This document shows positions 11,637 through 19,519 of a DNA stretch of 64,000 nt, one piece after another. The position numbers and the translations under genes were made by a program. The stretch is taken from the NCBI GenBank assembly GCA_026184295.1, contig JAHCJK010000006.1, positions 4,891 to 68,890 on the forward strand, in the 5' to 3' direction. The notes beneath the pieces were generated by a model. That model was not told the DNA's origin and did not search any database. It was given only the letters and a program-made list of their open reading frames with translations. The stretch is from Planctomycetota bacterium. Its GTDB lineage: Bacteria; Planctomycetota; SZUA-567; H5-PLA8. The stretch's first letter is position 1. Each line of letters starts with the position of its first letter.

Positions 11637-12011
11637 ATGAAAGGCCTCGACATCGCCACCTTTGCCGCCCGTGAGGCGGACGACAAGAAGGGCGGCGACA
11701 TCATCGTTTACGATCTGCGCGGGCTCTCCGACGTGACGGACTACCTCGTCCTGGTCACGGCGCAGTCCAAGCTGCAGATTCGCGCCATCCTGCATGCCAT
11801 CGACAAGGGCATGAAGAGCCAGGGCGTGTACATGCTGGGCAACGAAGGCGACTCCAACAGCCAGTGGATGCTGCTCGACTACGCCGACTGCGTGATCCAC
11901 GTCTTCTCCCCCGAACTGCGCCAGTACTACAACCTCGAATCGATGTGGGGCGACGCCCCGCGCGTCGAATGGCAGGCCGGCGAAGCCAGGCCCGCCGCCT
12001 CGCGCGGCTAA
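11637..12011 (+). CDS. rsfS: Ribosome silencing factor RsfS (iojap family)
   Basis: 124 aa. GGDIIVYDLRGLSDVTDYLVLVTAQS...WMLLDYADCVIHVFSPELRQYYNLESMW is the RsfS pattern. Confidence 0.9.
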   Translation: MKGLDIATFAAREADDKKGGDIIVYDLRGLSDVTDYLVLVTAQSKLQIRAILHAIDKGMKSQGVYMLGNEGDSNSQWMLLDYADCVIHVFSPELRQYYNLESMWGDAPRVEWQAGEARPAASRG

Positions 12012-12078
12012 GCCTTACCTCTTTATCCCCCACGTCCGAACCCGTATGCTCGCGCCGCCCCGGCGCAGGAGAACCCGC

Positions 12079-12696
12079 ATGTACGTGCCCAAGCATTTCG
12101 CCGAAGAAGACCCCGCCGTGCTCCACGCGCTCATGCGCGAAAACGCCTTCGCCACGCTCGTCACCGTCGAGAACGGCATGCCGTTCGCCACGCACCTGCC
12201 GGTGCTCTTCGATCCCCACGCCGGGCCGCGGGGCACGCTGCGCGGGCATATCGCGAAGGCCAATCCCCAGGCGCGGCACCTCGCGCGCGGCGAGGAAGCG
12301 CTGGTCCTCTTCCAGGGCCCGCACGCGTACGTCTCGCCGTCGTGGTACCGCCCCGGAGTCAGCGTGCCGACGTGGAACTACGAGGCCGTTCACGCCTACG
12401 GGCGCGTGACGCCGGTGCAGGACGAGGCCGAGCTGCTGGCCATGCTGCGCGACCTGGTGGCCGTCTACGAAGCGGGCTTCGAAACTCCGTGGGTCTATCC
12501 CGAGGACGAGCCGCGCCACCGCGCGCTGCTGGCGGGCATCGCCGGCTTCCGCATCGAATGCACGCGCCTGGAAGGCAAGCGCAAGCTGAACCAGAACCGT
12601 CCGGCCGAAGACCGCGCGGGCGTCGTGGCCGCCCTGCGCGCGCTCCCGGACCCGCTGGGCCAAAAAATCGCTGAATCCATGGCGAAGCTGCCGTAA
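12079..12696 (+). CDS. FMN-binding negative transcriptional regulator, PaiB family
   Basis: Start trimmed to MYVPKHFAEED (ATG at 12079). HLPVLFD...GHIAKANPQ...YVSPSWY...VPTWNY..VH..G and KLNQNRP are typical of PaiB. Confidence 0.8.
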   Translation: MYVPKHFAEEDPAVLHALMRENAFATLVTVENGMPFATHLPVLFDPHAGPRGTLRGHIAKANPQARHLARGEEALVLFQGPHAYVSPSWYRPGVSVPTWNYEAVHAYGRVTPVQDEAELLAMLRDLVAVYEAGFETPWVYPEDEPRHRALLAGIAGFRIECTRLEGKRKLNQNRPAEDRAGVVAALRALPDPLGQKIAESMAKLP

Positions 12697-12777
12697 TCCC
12701 CGCGGACCGGCGGCGCGCTTTGCGCCGCCGCCGGGCCGTCGGTACAGTGCTGCGAGTCCCCCGGAAAGGAGCCTCGC

Positions 12778-13809
12778 ATGCCTGCGCCGCGCGCGGTGGT
12801 GATCGGCTACGGATTCGCCGGCCGCTGCTTCCACACGTATTTGATCAAACTCACGCCGGGCCTGACGCTCCACGGCGTCGCCTCGCGCAGCGCCGAGACC
12901 CGCGCGCGCGTGACGAAGGACCTCGGCTGCAAGACCTACGAAGGCTTCGACGAGGTGCTCGCCGATCCCGAGGTGGACCTGGTGGTGCTCGCCACGCCCC
13001 ACGACACGCATTGCGACCTCTCCGTGCGCGCGCTCCAGGCCGGGAAGCACGTCGTCACCGACAAGGTGATGTGCCTCGACCTGGCCGAATGCGACCGCAT
13101 GATCGCCGCCGCGAAAACGTCGGGAAAGGTGCTGAACGTCTTCCACAACCGGCGCTTCGACGGCGACTACCTGACGGTGAAGAAGCTGATGGCCGAGGGC
13201 GAACTCGGGCGCGTGCACTGGACCGAGATGGCCTGGCAGGGCTTCGGCCCGCCCGGCGGCTGGCGCGGGACCGCGGAGGCCGGCGGCGGGCGCTTTTTCG
13301 ACTTGGGCGCGCACATGGTCGATCAGACGGTGCAGATCTTTCCGCAAAAGATCGAGAGCGTCTACTGCCGCATGCACCACCACTTCGAAAAGTCCGACGT
13401 CGAGAGCCACGCGACGATCGTCATCGGCTTCGAAGGCGGCTGCACCGGCGTCGTGGACGCGGGGAGCATGGCCGGCGTGCGCAAGCCGCGCTTTTACGTG
13501 CTGGGCGACAAGGCCGGCTACGCGAAGTTCGGCGTCGATCCGCAGGAAGCCGCGATGATCAAAGGCGACATCGACGCCGCGCGCGAAGACGAGAAGCTCT
13601 TCGGCAAACTCGGCAACGGCAAGACCGAGCAGGTCGTCCCGACGCTCCCCGGCCGCTGGCGCAACTATTACGAGAACATCGCCGACGTGCTGACGAAGGG
13701 CGCGGCGCCGGCCGTCAGCCTAGCCAGCGTGCGCCGCGCGATGGCGGTGCTCGACGCGGCGAAGAAATCGGCCGCGAGTGGGGACGTGATTCGGAATCCG
13801 GAGTTCTAG
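12778..13809 (+). CDS. Gfo/Idh/MocA family oxidoreductase
   Basis: 343 aa. RAVVIGYGFAGRCFH Rossmann motif, KHVVTDKVM, and a C-terminal alpha/beta domain. It is a second family member in the window but not a close paralog of 1646..2698. Confidence 0.85.
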   Translation: MPAPRAVVIGYGFAGRCFHTYLIKLTPGLTLHGVASRSAETRARVTKDLGCKTYEGFDEVLADPEVDLVVLATPHDTHCDLSVRALQAGKHVVTDKVMCLDLAECDRMIAAAKTSGKVLNVFHNRRFDGDYLTVKKLMAEGELGRVHWTEMAWQGFGPPGGWRGTAEAGGGRFFDLGAHMVDQTVQIFPQKIESVYCRMHHHFEKSDVESHATIVIGFEGGCTGVVDAGSMAGVRKPRFYVLGDKAGYAKFGVDPQEAAMIKGDIDAAREDEKLFGKLGNGKTEQVVPTLPGRWRNYYENIADVLTKGAAPAVSLASVRRAMAVLDAAKKSAASGDVIRNPEF

Positions 13810-13824
13810 AGGGCGGAGGCGAAT

Positions 13825-13908
13825 CGTAAAACGTAATACGTAAAGCGTAATTCAACGGCCCAGGATCCGCAGCCTTTCGCCGTAATTACGTTTTACGCAT
13901 TACGTTTT
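13825..13908. repeat. Long imperfect inverted repeat built from ACGTAAA/TTTACGT units
   Basis: Left arm: cgtaaaacgtaatacgtaaagcgtaattcaacgg. Right arm: ccgtaattacgttttacgcattacgtttta. They are separated by a spacer of about 20 nt. The repeat lies between the oxidoreductase stop and the GH78-like start. Confidence 0.8.
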
Positions 13909-13961
13909 ATTTCCCGCGAACCCCCAAGCCATGAACGCAAAACCCTGAACCGAGACCGCCC

Positions 13962-16430
13962 ATGCGAATCCCGCTGACCGACGACCCCTTTATCGCGCGC
14001 ACGCTCAAGCAGCCGTTCTGGCTGAAAGGCACCTGGCGGAGCCACTGGATCGGGTGCCGCTCGGCGGGCGAGACGCCCTTCGTGCTCGCCTTCCGCCGCG
14101 TCTTCACCATGAAGAAGAAGGCGACGGTGCGCGTGCACGTCAGCGCCGACGAACGCTACGAACTCTTTCTCGACGGCCAACGCATCGGGCGCGGTCCTGA
14201 ACGCGGCGACACCAACCACTGGTACTACGAAAGCTACGCGCTGCCGCTGAGCGCCGGGGAACACGTGCTCGTCGCGCGCGTCTGGGCGCTGGGCGACGCG
14301 CACCCGGACCAGCCGGGCGACAAGCCCGAACACCTGGGCAGCTCGGTCATCGGAGCGCTCGCGCCGACTTCGCAGATGGGCTCGCGTCCGGGCTTCATCC
14401 TCGCGCCGGACGCCGGGCCGCACGAGAAACTGCTCGGCACCGGCCAGTCCGCCTGGGATGTCAAGAAGCTCGACGGCTACGCGTTCGTGCGCTTCCACCT
14501 CGGCGCGCAGCTCACCGGCGCCAAGCTGGACCTCGACGGCGCGCGCTACGACGCCCGCGCGATTCACGGCGGCGGAGACGGTTGGGAACCGGCGCAGACT
14601 CTGCATCCCGGCGTGGACGGTGCGCGCGGCAACGACCGCACGCCGCTCCACCAGCTCCTGCCCGCGCAGCTCCCGCCGCTGCATCACGCGCCCATTAAAG
14701 GTGGCACGGTGCGGCACGCGGCGGAGGTCTCCGCGCCCGACACGCGCGCGGTGGCGGTGCGCGCGAAGGACCACGACCGCCGCCAGGCCGCCGAATGGTC
14801 GCGCTGGCTGAAAGGCGGGCGCCTGACGATTCCGCCGCACACGCGCCGACGCGCGATCGTGGAACTGGACGACTATTACTGCGCCTACCACGGCGTGGAA
14901 ACCTCCGGCGGCGCCGGCGCGCGCGTGCGGGTGCACTGGGCCGAAGCGCTTTTCGAAGACGCCCCGCCCAAGGATCAAGCGGAACTCGAGCGCTGGTGCC
15001 CGCGCTGGAAAGGCCGCCGCGGCGAGGTGGACGGCAAGCACTTCGTCGGCATGGGCGATACGTTCAGGCCCGGCGGCGGCGCGCGGCAGGTCCTCGAATC
15101 GCTGTGGTGGCACGCTGGGCGCTACCTGGAAATCTTCGTCGAGACCGCCGCGGAGCCGCTCACGCTGCACCGCCTGCGGCTCACCGAAACCCGTTATCCG
15201 CTCGAGGCAGACGCGCGCTTCGAGAGCAGCGACGCGAAGCTCCGCGCGATCGAACCGATGATGCTGCGCGCGATCCAGATGTCCGCGCACGAGACCTTCG
15301 TGGACTGCCCGTACTACGAGCAGCTCATGTACGCCGGCGACACGCGCCTGGAATGTCTGATCTCGTACGCGCTCAGCCCCGACGCGCGCCTGCCGCAAAA
15401 GGCCGTGCGCCTCTTCGAGGCCTCGCGCCTGACCAGCGGGCTCACGCAGTCGCGGTATCCGTGCCGCGTGCGCCAGGTCATCCCTACGTTCTCGCTCTGG
15501 TGGATCGCGATGGTGCGCGACGCGGCCTACTGGCGCGACGGCGTGCCGCTCGTGCGCGCGATGTTGCCCGGCGTGCGCGGCGTCATCGACTGCTTCGCCG
15601 CGATCCGGCGCAAGGACGGCCTCGTCGCCGGTCCCAACGGCTGGAACTACATGGACTGGGTGCCCGCGTGGAAGGACGGCATCCCGCCCGACGGCGAATA
15701 CGGCGCGAGCGGCCTCATCAACTGGCTCTTCGTCCTGAACCTCGGCTACGCCGCGGACCTGGAAGAGATCGGCGGCGAGCGCGCGCTGGCCGTGCGCAAC
15801 CGCCGTCTGCGCGACGACCTCGCCCGCGTGCTCCTTGCGCGCTACTGGAACGCGAAGCGCGGATTGCTCGCCGACGACCTCAAGCACGCGCACTTTTCCG
15901 AACACACGCAGTGCCTCGCGCTGCTCAGCGGCTGCGTGGACGCGGAGAAAAAGGCCGCGATCGCGAAGAACCTCTTCGCGGACAAAGACCTCGCGCGCAC
16001 GACCATCTTCTTCACGCATTACCTCTTCGAGGCCTGCCGGCTGCTCGGGCGCATGGACGTCTTCCACCGCCGCCTGGGCCTCTGGCACGAACTGAAAAAG
16101 CTCGGCTTCAAGACCACGTTCGAATGCCCGGAGCCTTCGCGCAGCGACTGCCACGGCTGGGGCGCGCACCCGCTCTTCCACTACTATGCGTCGATTCTGG
16201 GCATCCGTCCGGCCGCGCCGGGTTTCGCGAAGGTGGAGATCGCCCCGCAGCTCGCGCACCTGACGCGCGCCGCCGGGCGCATGCCGCATCCCCGGGGCGA
16301 GATCGCCGTCGCGTTCCGCCGCAAGGGCCGGACGCTGACCGGCCACGTGACGCTCCCCAAGGGCGTCGCGGGCGTGCTGAAGGTGAACGGCGAGGCCGTT
16401 ACGCTGAAGGACGGGAAGACGGTGTTTTGA
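13962..16430 (+). CDS. Alpha-L-rhamnosidase-like glycoside hydrolase (GH78-like, six-hairpin catalytic domain)
   Basis: 822 aa. The N-terminal segment (FRRVFTM..ATVRVHVSADERYELFLDGQRIGRGP) resembles the rhamnosidase N domain. The central FVDCPYYEQLMYAGDTR resembles the (alpha/alpha)6 catalytic-domain entry motif. This is a family-level call only. Confidence 0.6.
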   Translation: MRIPLTDDPFIARTLKQPFWLKGTWRSHWIGCRSAGETPFVLAFRRVFTMKKKATVRVHVSADERYELFLDGQRIGRGPERGDTNHWYYESYALPLSAGEHVLVARVWALGDAHPDQPGDKPEHLGSSVIGALAPTSQMGSRPGFILAPDAGPHEKLLGTGQSAWDVKKLDGYAFVRFHLGAQLTGAKLDLDGARYDARAIHGGGDGWEPAQTLHPGVDGARGNDRTPLHQLLPAQLPPLHHAPIKGGTVRHAAEVSAPDTRAVAVRAKDHDRRQAAEWSRWLKGGRLTIPPHTRRRAIVELDDYYCAYHGVETSGGAGARVRVHWAEALFEDAPPKDQAELERWCPRWKGRRGEVDGKHFVGMGDTFRPGGGARQVLESLWWHAGRYLEIFVETAAEPLTLHRLRLTETRYPLEADARFESSDAKLRAIEPMMLRAIQMSAHETFVDCPYYEQLMYAGDTRLECLISYALSPDARLPQKAVRLFEASRLTSGLTQSRYPCRVRQVIPTFSLWWIAMVRDAAYWRDGVPLVRAMLPGVRGVIDCFAAIRRKDGLVAGPNGWNYMDWVPAWKDGIPPDGEYGASGLINWLFVLNLGYAADLEEIGGERALAVRNRRLRDDLARVLLARYWNAKRGLLADDLKHAHFSEHTQCLALLSGCVDAEKKAAIAKNLFADKDLARTTIFFTHYLFEACRLLGRMDVFHRRLGLWHELKKLGFKTTFECPEPSRSDCHGWGAHPLFHYYASILGIRPAAPGFAKVEIAPQLAHLTRAAGRMPHPRGEIAVAFRRKGRTLTGHVTLPKGVAGVLKVNGEAVTLKDGKTVF

Positions 16431-16434
16431 ACAG

Positions 16435-16540
16435 CCGTAAAACGTAATTTGTAACGCGTAAAGATGAGACGTAAGAGCCGCGCGTTGGCTTACGCTTTAC
16501 GTATTTACGTTTTACGTTTTACGTTTTACGTTTTACGTCT
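16435..16540. repeat. Inverted repeat of ACGTAAA units including an (ACGTTTT)x4 tandem run
   Basis: ccgtaaaacgtaatttgtaacgcgtaaag...cttacgctttacgtatttacgttttacgttttacgttttacgttttacg. The heptamer run spans 16507-16537. It sits between convergent genes, so it is probably also a bidirectional terminator. Confidence 0.8.
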
Positions 16541-16542
16541 TA

Positions 16543-17877
16543 CTACTTCACCTCCACCACCACTTCGCCGACAAACGCCATGCTCAAATCCCGGCGTTCG
16601 TCGAGGTACTGCATCAGGAATTTTAGCGACGAGGCCGCGGGGCCTTCGTAGGCGGGTTTGCCGTCCACGACGATCTTGAGCGGCTTCTTGAAATCCACGA
16701 GGTTCGGGGAAAGGAAGACGCGGAACTTTTTCACGTTCTGCGACTTCACCTCCAGCGTGTTCGGCGCCGTCCAGCTCGCGTCCAGCGTGCCCATCTTGAG
16801 CTTGTGCTTCATGCGCGGCGTGCCGCCCTGGTCGAGGCCGTCCATCTCGAGCTGCGCGGGGCCGGTCTCGTCGATGGTCAGCCAGCGGTCGGGCGGCGAA
16901 GGCGCCACCGCGACCATGAAGTCCTTGGCGCGCGGGCTGGCGAAGACGATGCGCTTGGGATACGGATTGCGTTTCTGCTTCAGGAGCCACTCGACGGCGG
17001 CCTTGTCCTCGGCCGGCGGCACCATGAAGTGGTTGCAGTCCATCGCGCGGAACTCGTACTTGTAGTCGGGCCCCAGTTCCTTCAGGCAGGCGGCCGCGTT
17101 TTCGGCGTTGGGGAAGTCGGTGAAGTTCTTGCCGCGCATGTCCTGCTTGCCGTGCCAGATGTAGACGGGCGTGTTGAGCAGCGCGGCCCAGTAGACGCCC
17201 TTCCACGCGCCGCCGCCGGGGGCGATGGCCGCGTAGCGGTCGCACCCGCGCGGGCCGAGGTAGTACGTGCCGATCCCGCCCATCGAGTACCCCATCAAAT
17301 AGACCTTGTCGTGATCGACGGGGAACTGCCGGCCCATTTCCTTCACGAGCAGGTCGAGCATCGCTTCGTTTTTCGGATTGCGCCAATAGAAGTTGTTGCC
17401 CAGGTCCACCGAGGTGGGACAGACGATGATCGCCGGCAGGCTGACCGCCGACATCATCGACTGCATGAACTCCTTGCCCGAACCCGAGCCGCTCCCGCCG
17501 CCGTGCAGGCCGATCACCAGCGGCCAGAGCTGATTCGGGGCGTAGCGCGACGGCACCGAGAGCGAGTATTCGCCGGGCTTGTCGCTCACCGAGGCCGGCA
17601 GGTCCAGCTTCAGTCCGTGCTGCACGCCGGGCTTCGCGGGCGGGTAGCCGGCCGGCTGGAGCAGCCGCAGAAACGGCTTCGGGTCGTCCGCGGGGGTCTC
17701 GCCCGCCTGCGCGAGCAGCGCCTTCTTCTTCTCGGGGTCTTTCTCGGCGAGGTACTTCTTGGCGAGTTCCACCGCCTGCGAGCCGTTCAGCGGCTTCGGC
17801 GCGTCCTCGGCGCGAAGCACGCCGGCCGCCGCCAGCACCACGATCATCGCGAGTCCCAGCCCGCACGTTCGTTTCAT
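16543..17877 (-). CDS. Secreted alpha/beta-fold esterase/hydrolase
   Basis: Start trimmed to MKRTCGLGLAMIVVLAAAGVLRA|EDAPK (ATG at 17877, with a ggaggtgg RBS upstream). Oxyanion-like LHGGGSGSGSG and nucleophile elbow GYSMGG. Confidence 0.75.
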   Translation of the reverse strand: MKRTCGLGLAMIVVLAAAGVLRAEDAPKPLNGSQAVELAKKYLAEKDPEKKKALLAQAGETPADDPKPFLRLLQPAGYPPAKPGVQHGLKLDLPASVSDKPGEYSLSVPSRYAPNQLWPLVIGLHGGGSGSGSGKEFMQSMMSAVSLPAIIVCPTSVDLGNNFYWRNPKNEAMLDLLVKEMGRQFPVDHDKVYLMGYSMGGIGTYYLGPRGCDRYAAIAPGGGAWKGVYWAALLNTPVYIWHGKQDMRGKNFTDFPNAENAAACLKELGPDYKYEFRAMDCNHFMVPPAEDKAAVEWLLKQKRNPYPKRIVFASPRAKDFMVAVAPSPPDRWLTIDETGPAQLEMDGLDQGGTPRMKHKLKMGTLDASWTAPNTLEVKSQNVKKFRVFLSPNLVDFKKPLKIVVDGKPAYEGPAASSLKFLMQYLDERRDLSMAFVGEVVVEVK

Positions 17878-18027
17878 ACCCACCTCCCGGTTCCGTAATG
17901 AGACGTATCGTAGACCGCGCCGGATGAATACAAGCGGAAGTAAAAAGATGCAAATTCTGCAACAGCCGCACGTCCTGTGTGAGCGCATGGTTGCCTGCGT
18001 GTGCGAACGCGTCCGGCTCGGCGCGCC

Positions 18028-19509
18028 CTACGGCGCGAGGTCGAGGACCGTCAACGAGACGGCGGGCAGGTCCAGGCTCAACGTGCCGCCTTCGATCGAG
18101 CATTCGCCCGCGCGCGTCCATGCGGGCTGCTTGTCTTCGGCGTCCTTGCCGCTGAACAGATGGCGCGATCCGGAGAGCTTCGCGGGGACGCCCTTCAGCG
18201 TCAGCGCGCAGGCATGCGCTTCCTTATCCTTATTAAGGAGAAAGACGCTCAGCGCCTGCGTCCCGGGCGTCCACGACGCGAACGCGCGCACGTGCTTGCC
18301 CGAAGTGGCGGCGACGAGCTGTTCCTTGAGGAACGCGCGCCAGATGGCCAGCACGCGGCCCGTGGGGAGGAGCCGGTTCTGCGCGTCCAGCGCGTCCCAG
18401 AGTTCCGGGTCCGTTTCGTTCTTCATCCAGCGCGTGTTCCAAAGGAGCTGCATGTCGGTGCGCGGGTGCTGCATGGCCGAGCCGAGCAGGTCGAAGAGCA
18501 CCAGCGCGTGGCCCAGATTGTTGAGGTGCTTCCAGCCCTTCTGTTCGGGAAAGCCGAGCCAGTCGGCGGAATTGAGTTCGGTGACGCAGAGGCGCAGGCG
18601 CTTCGCATCTTCGGCGCGGGCGAACTTTTGGACGGCGTCCGTGGCGGTCTTTTCATCCTTGGCCAGATCGGGCGCATGCGCGGGGTAGTAGTCGTAGCTC
18701 TTCCATTCCCAGCACGGATACGAATGCACGGCCAGAAAGTCGATCGCGCCGGAGGCCTGCGGGAGGACCGCCTTCCACCAGTCGCCCGCTTCGCTGGGGC
18801 CGTTGGCGCCGATCTGGATGGTGGGATCGACTTTCTTCATCGCTTCGGAAAAGGCGCGCAGATCCTTCGCATAGTCTTCGGGCGTGGCGAAGCCGTTGTA
18901 GCCCTTCATGTAGGACTCGTTGCCGATCTCCCAGTACTTCACGCCGTATTTCTTGGTCACGTTCGCGTAGCGCACCCACGCGACGGCGGTCTCGAGCAAT
19001 TGTTCGCGGGTGGGCGCGGTGCCGCCGGGCACGGCGGGCAGGTACATCGAGTCGTAGCAGACGACGAGCACCGGTTCGGCGCCGGTGGCCTTGCAGAGGT
19101 CCATAAAGGCGTCGAAATCGAGCGGCGCGCGCTTGAAGGTCCGGCCGTCGGCTTCGAAGAGCGTGCGGTCGGACGAAGGCCACTGCGTCGGGCCGGTGCG
19201 CGCGAGCGTGGGCCGCGGCTGTTCGAAGGGCGGGACGGACCAGAGGTACGAGTCGGCCTTTTCGCCGCCGGGGTAGCGCAGCGCCTGCACGCCCAGTTCC
19301 TTCAGCGCCCCGGCAAGCGGGCGCGCGCCCGGCGGGCGGTTGCGGTCGTGGTCGAGCAGGTAATTGACGTTGATGCCCAGCTTGCAGGCGGCGGCCGCGC
19401 GGAGCGGCTTAGAGGCATCCACGTCGATGCGTTCGGTCTCGGCAGGCATGGCCGCTCCCATCGCCGCAAGGGCGAACACCGCGGCGCACAGCGGGCGCAC
19501 GGTTCGCAT
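18028..19509 (-). CDS. Secreted clan GH-A (TIM-barrel) glycoside hydrolase, family unresolved (GH51/GH39/GH79-like)
   Basis: Start trimmed to MRTVRPLCAAVFALAAMGAA (ATG at 19509). LRYPGGEKAD, the acid/base motif YWEIGNESY and the nucleophile-like CVTELNS are the clan GH-A hallmarks. Confidence 0.65.
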   Translation of the reverse strand: MRTVRPLCAAVFALAAMGAAMPAETERIDVDASKPLRAAAACKLGINVNYLLDHDRNRPPGARPLAGALKELGVQALRYPGGEKADSYLWSVPPFEQPRPTLARTGPTQWPSSDRTLFEADGRTFKRAPLDFDAFMDLCKATGAEPVLVVCYDSMYLPAVPGGTAPTREQLLETAVAWVRYANVTKKYGVKYWEIGNESYMKGYNGFATPEDYAKDLRAFSEAMKKVDPTIQIGANGPSEAGDWWKAVLPQASGAIDFLAVHSYPCWEWKSYDYYPAHAPDLAKDEKTATDAVQKFARAEDAKRLRLCVTELNSADWLGFPEQKGWKHLNNLGHALVLFDLLGSAMQHPRTDMQLLWNTRWMKNETDPELWDALDAQNRLLPTGRVLAIWRAFLKEQLVAATSGKHVRAFASWTPGTQALSVFLLNKDKEAHACALTLKGVPAKLSGSRHLFSGKDAEDKQPAWTRAGECSIEGGTLSLDLPAVSLTVLDLAP

Positions 19510-19519
19510 GGGACGGGTT

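Noticed and set aside
13893-16346. 817 aa minus-strand ORF opposite the GH78-like gene
   Set aside because: It is an Arg/Ala-rich mirror frame, and the plus strand has family-level motifs and normal composition.
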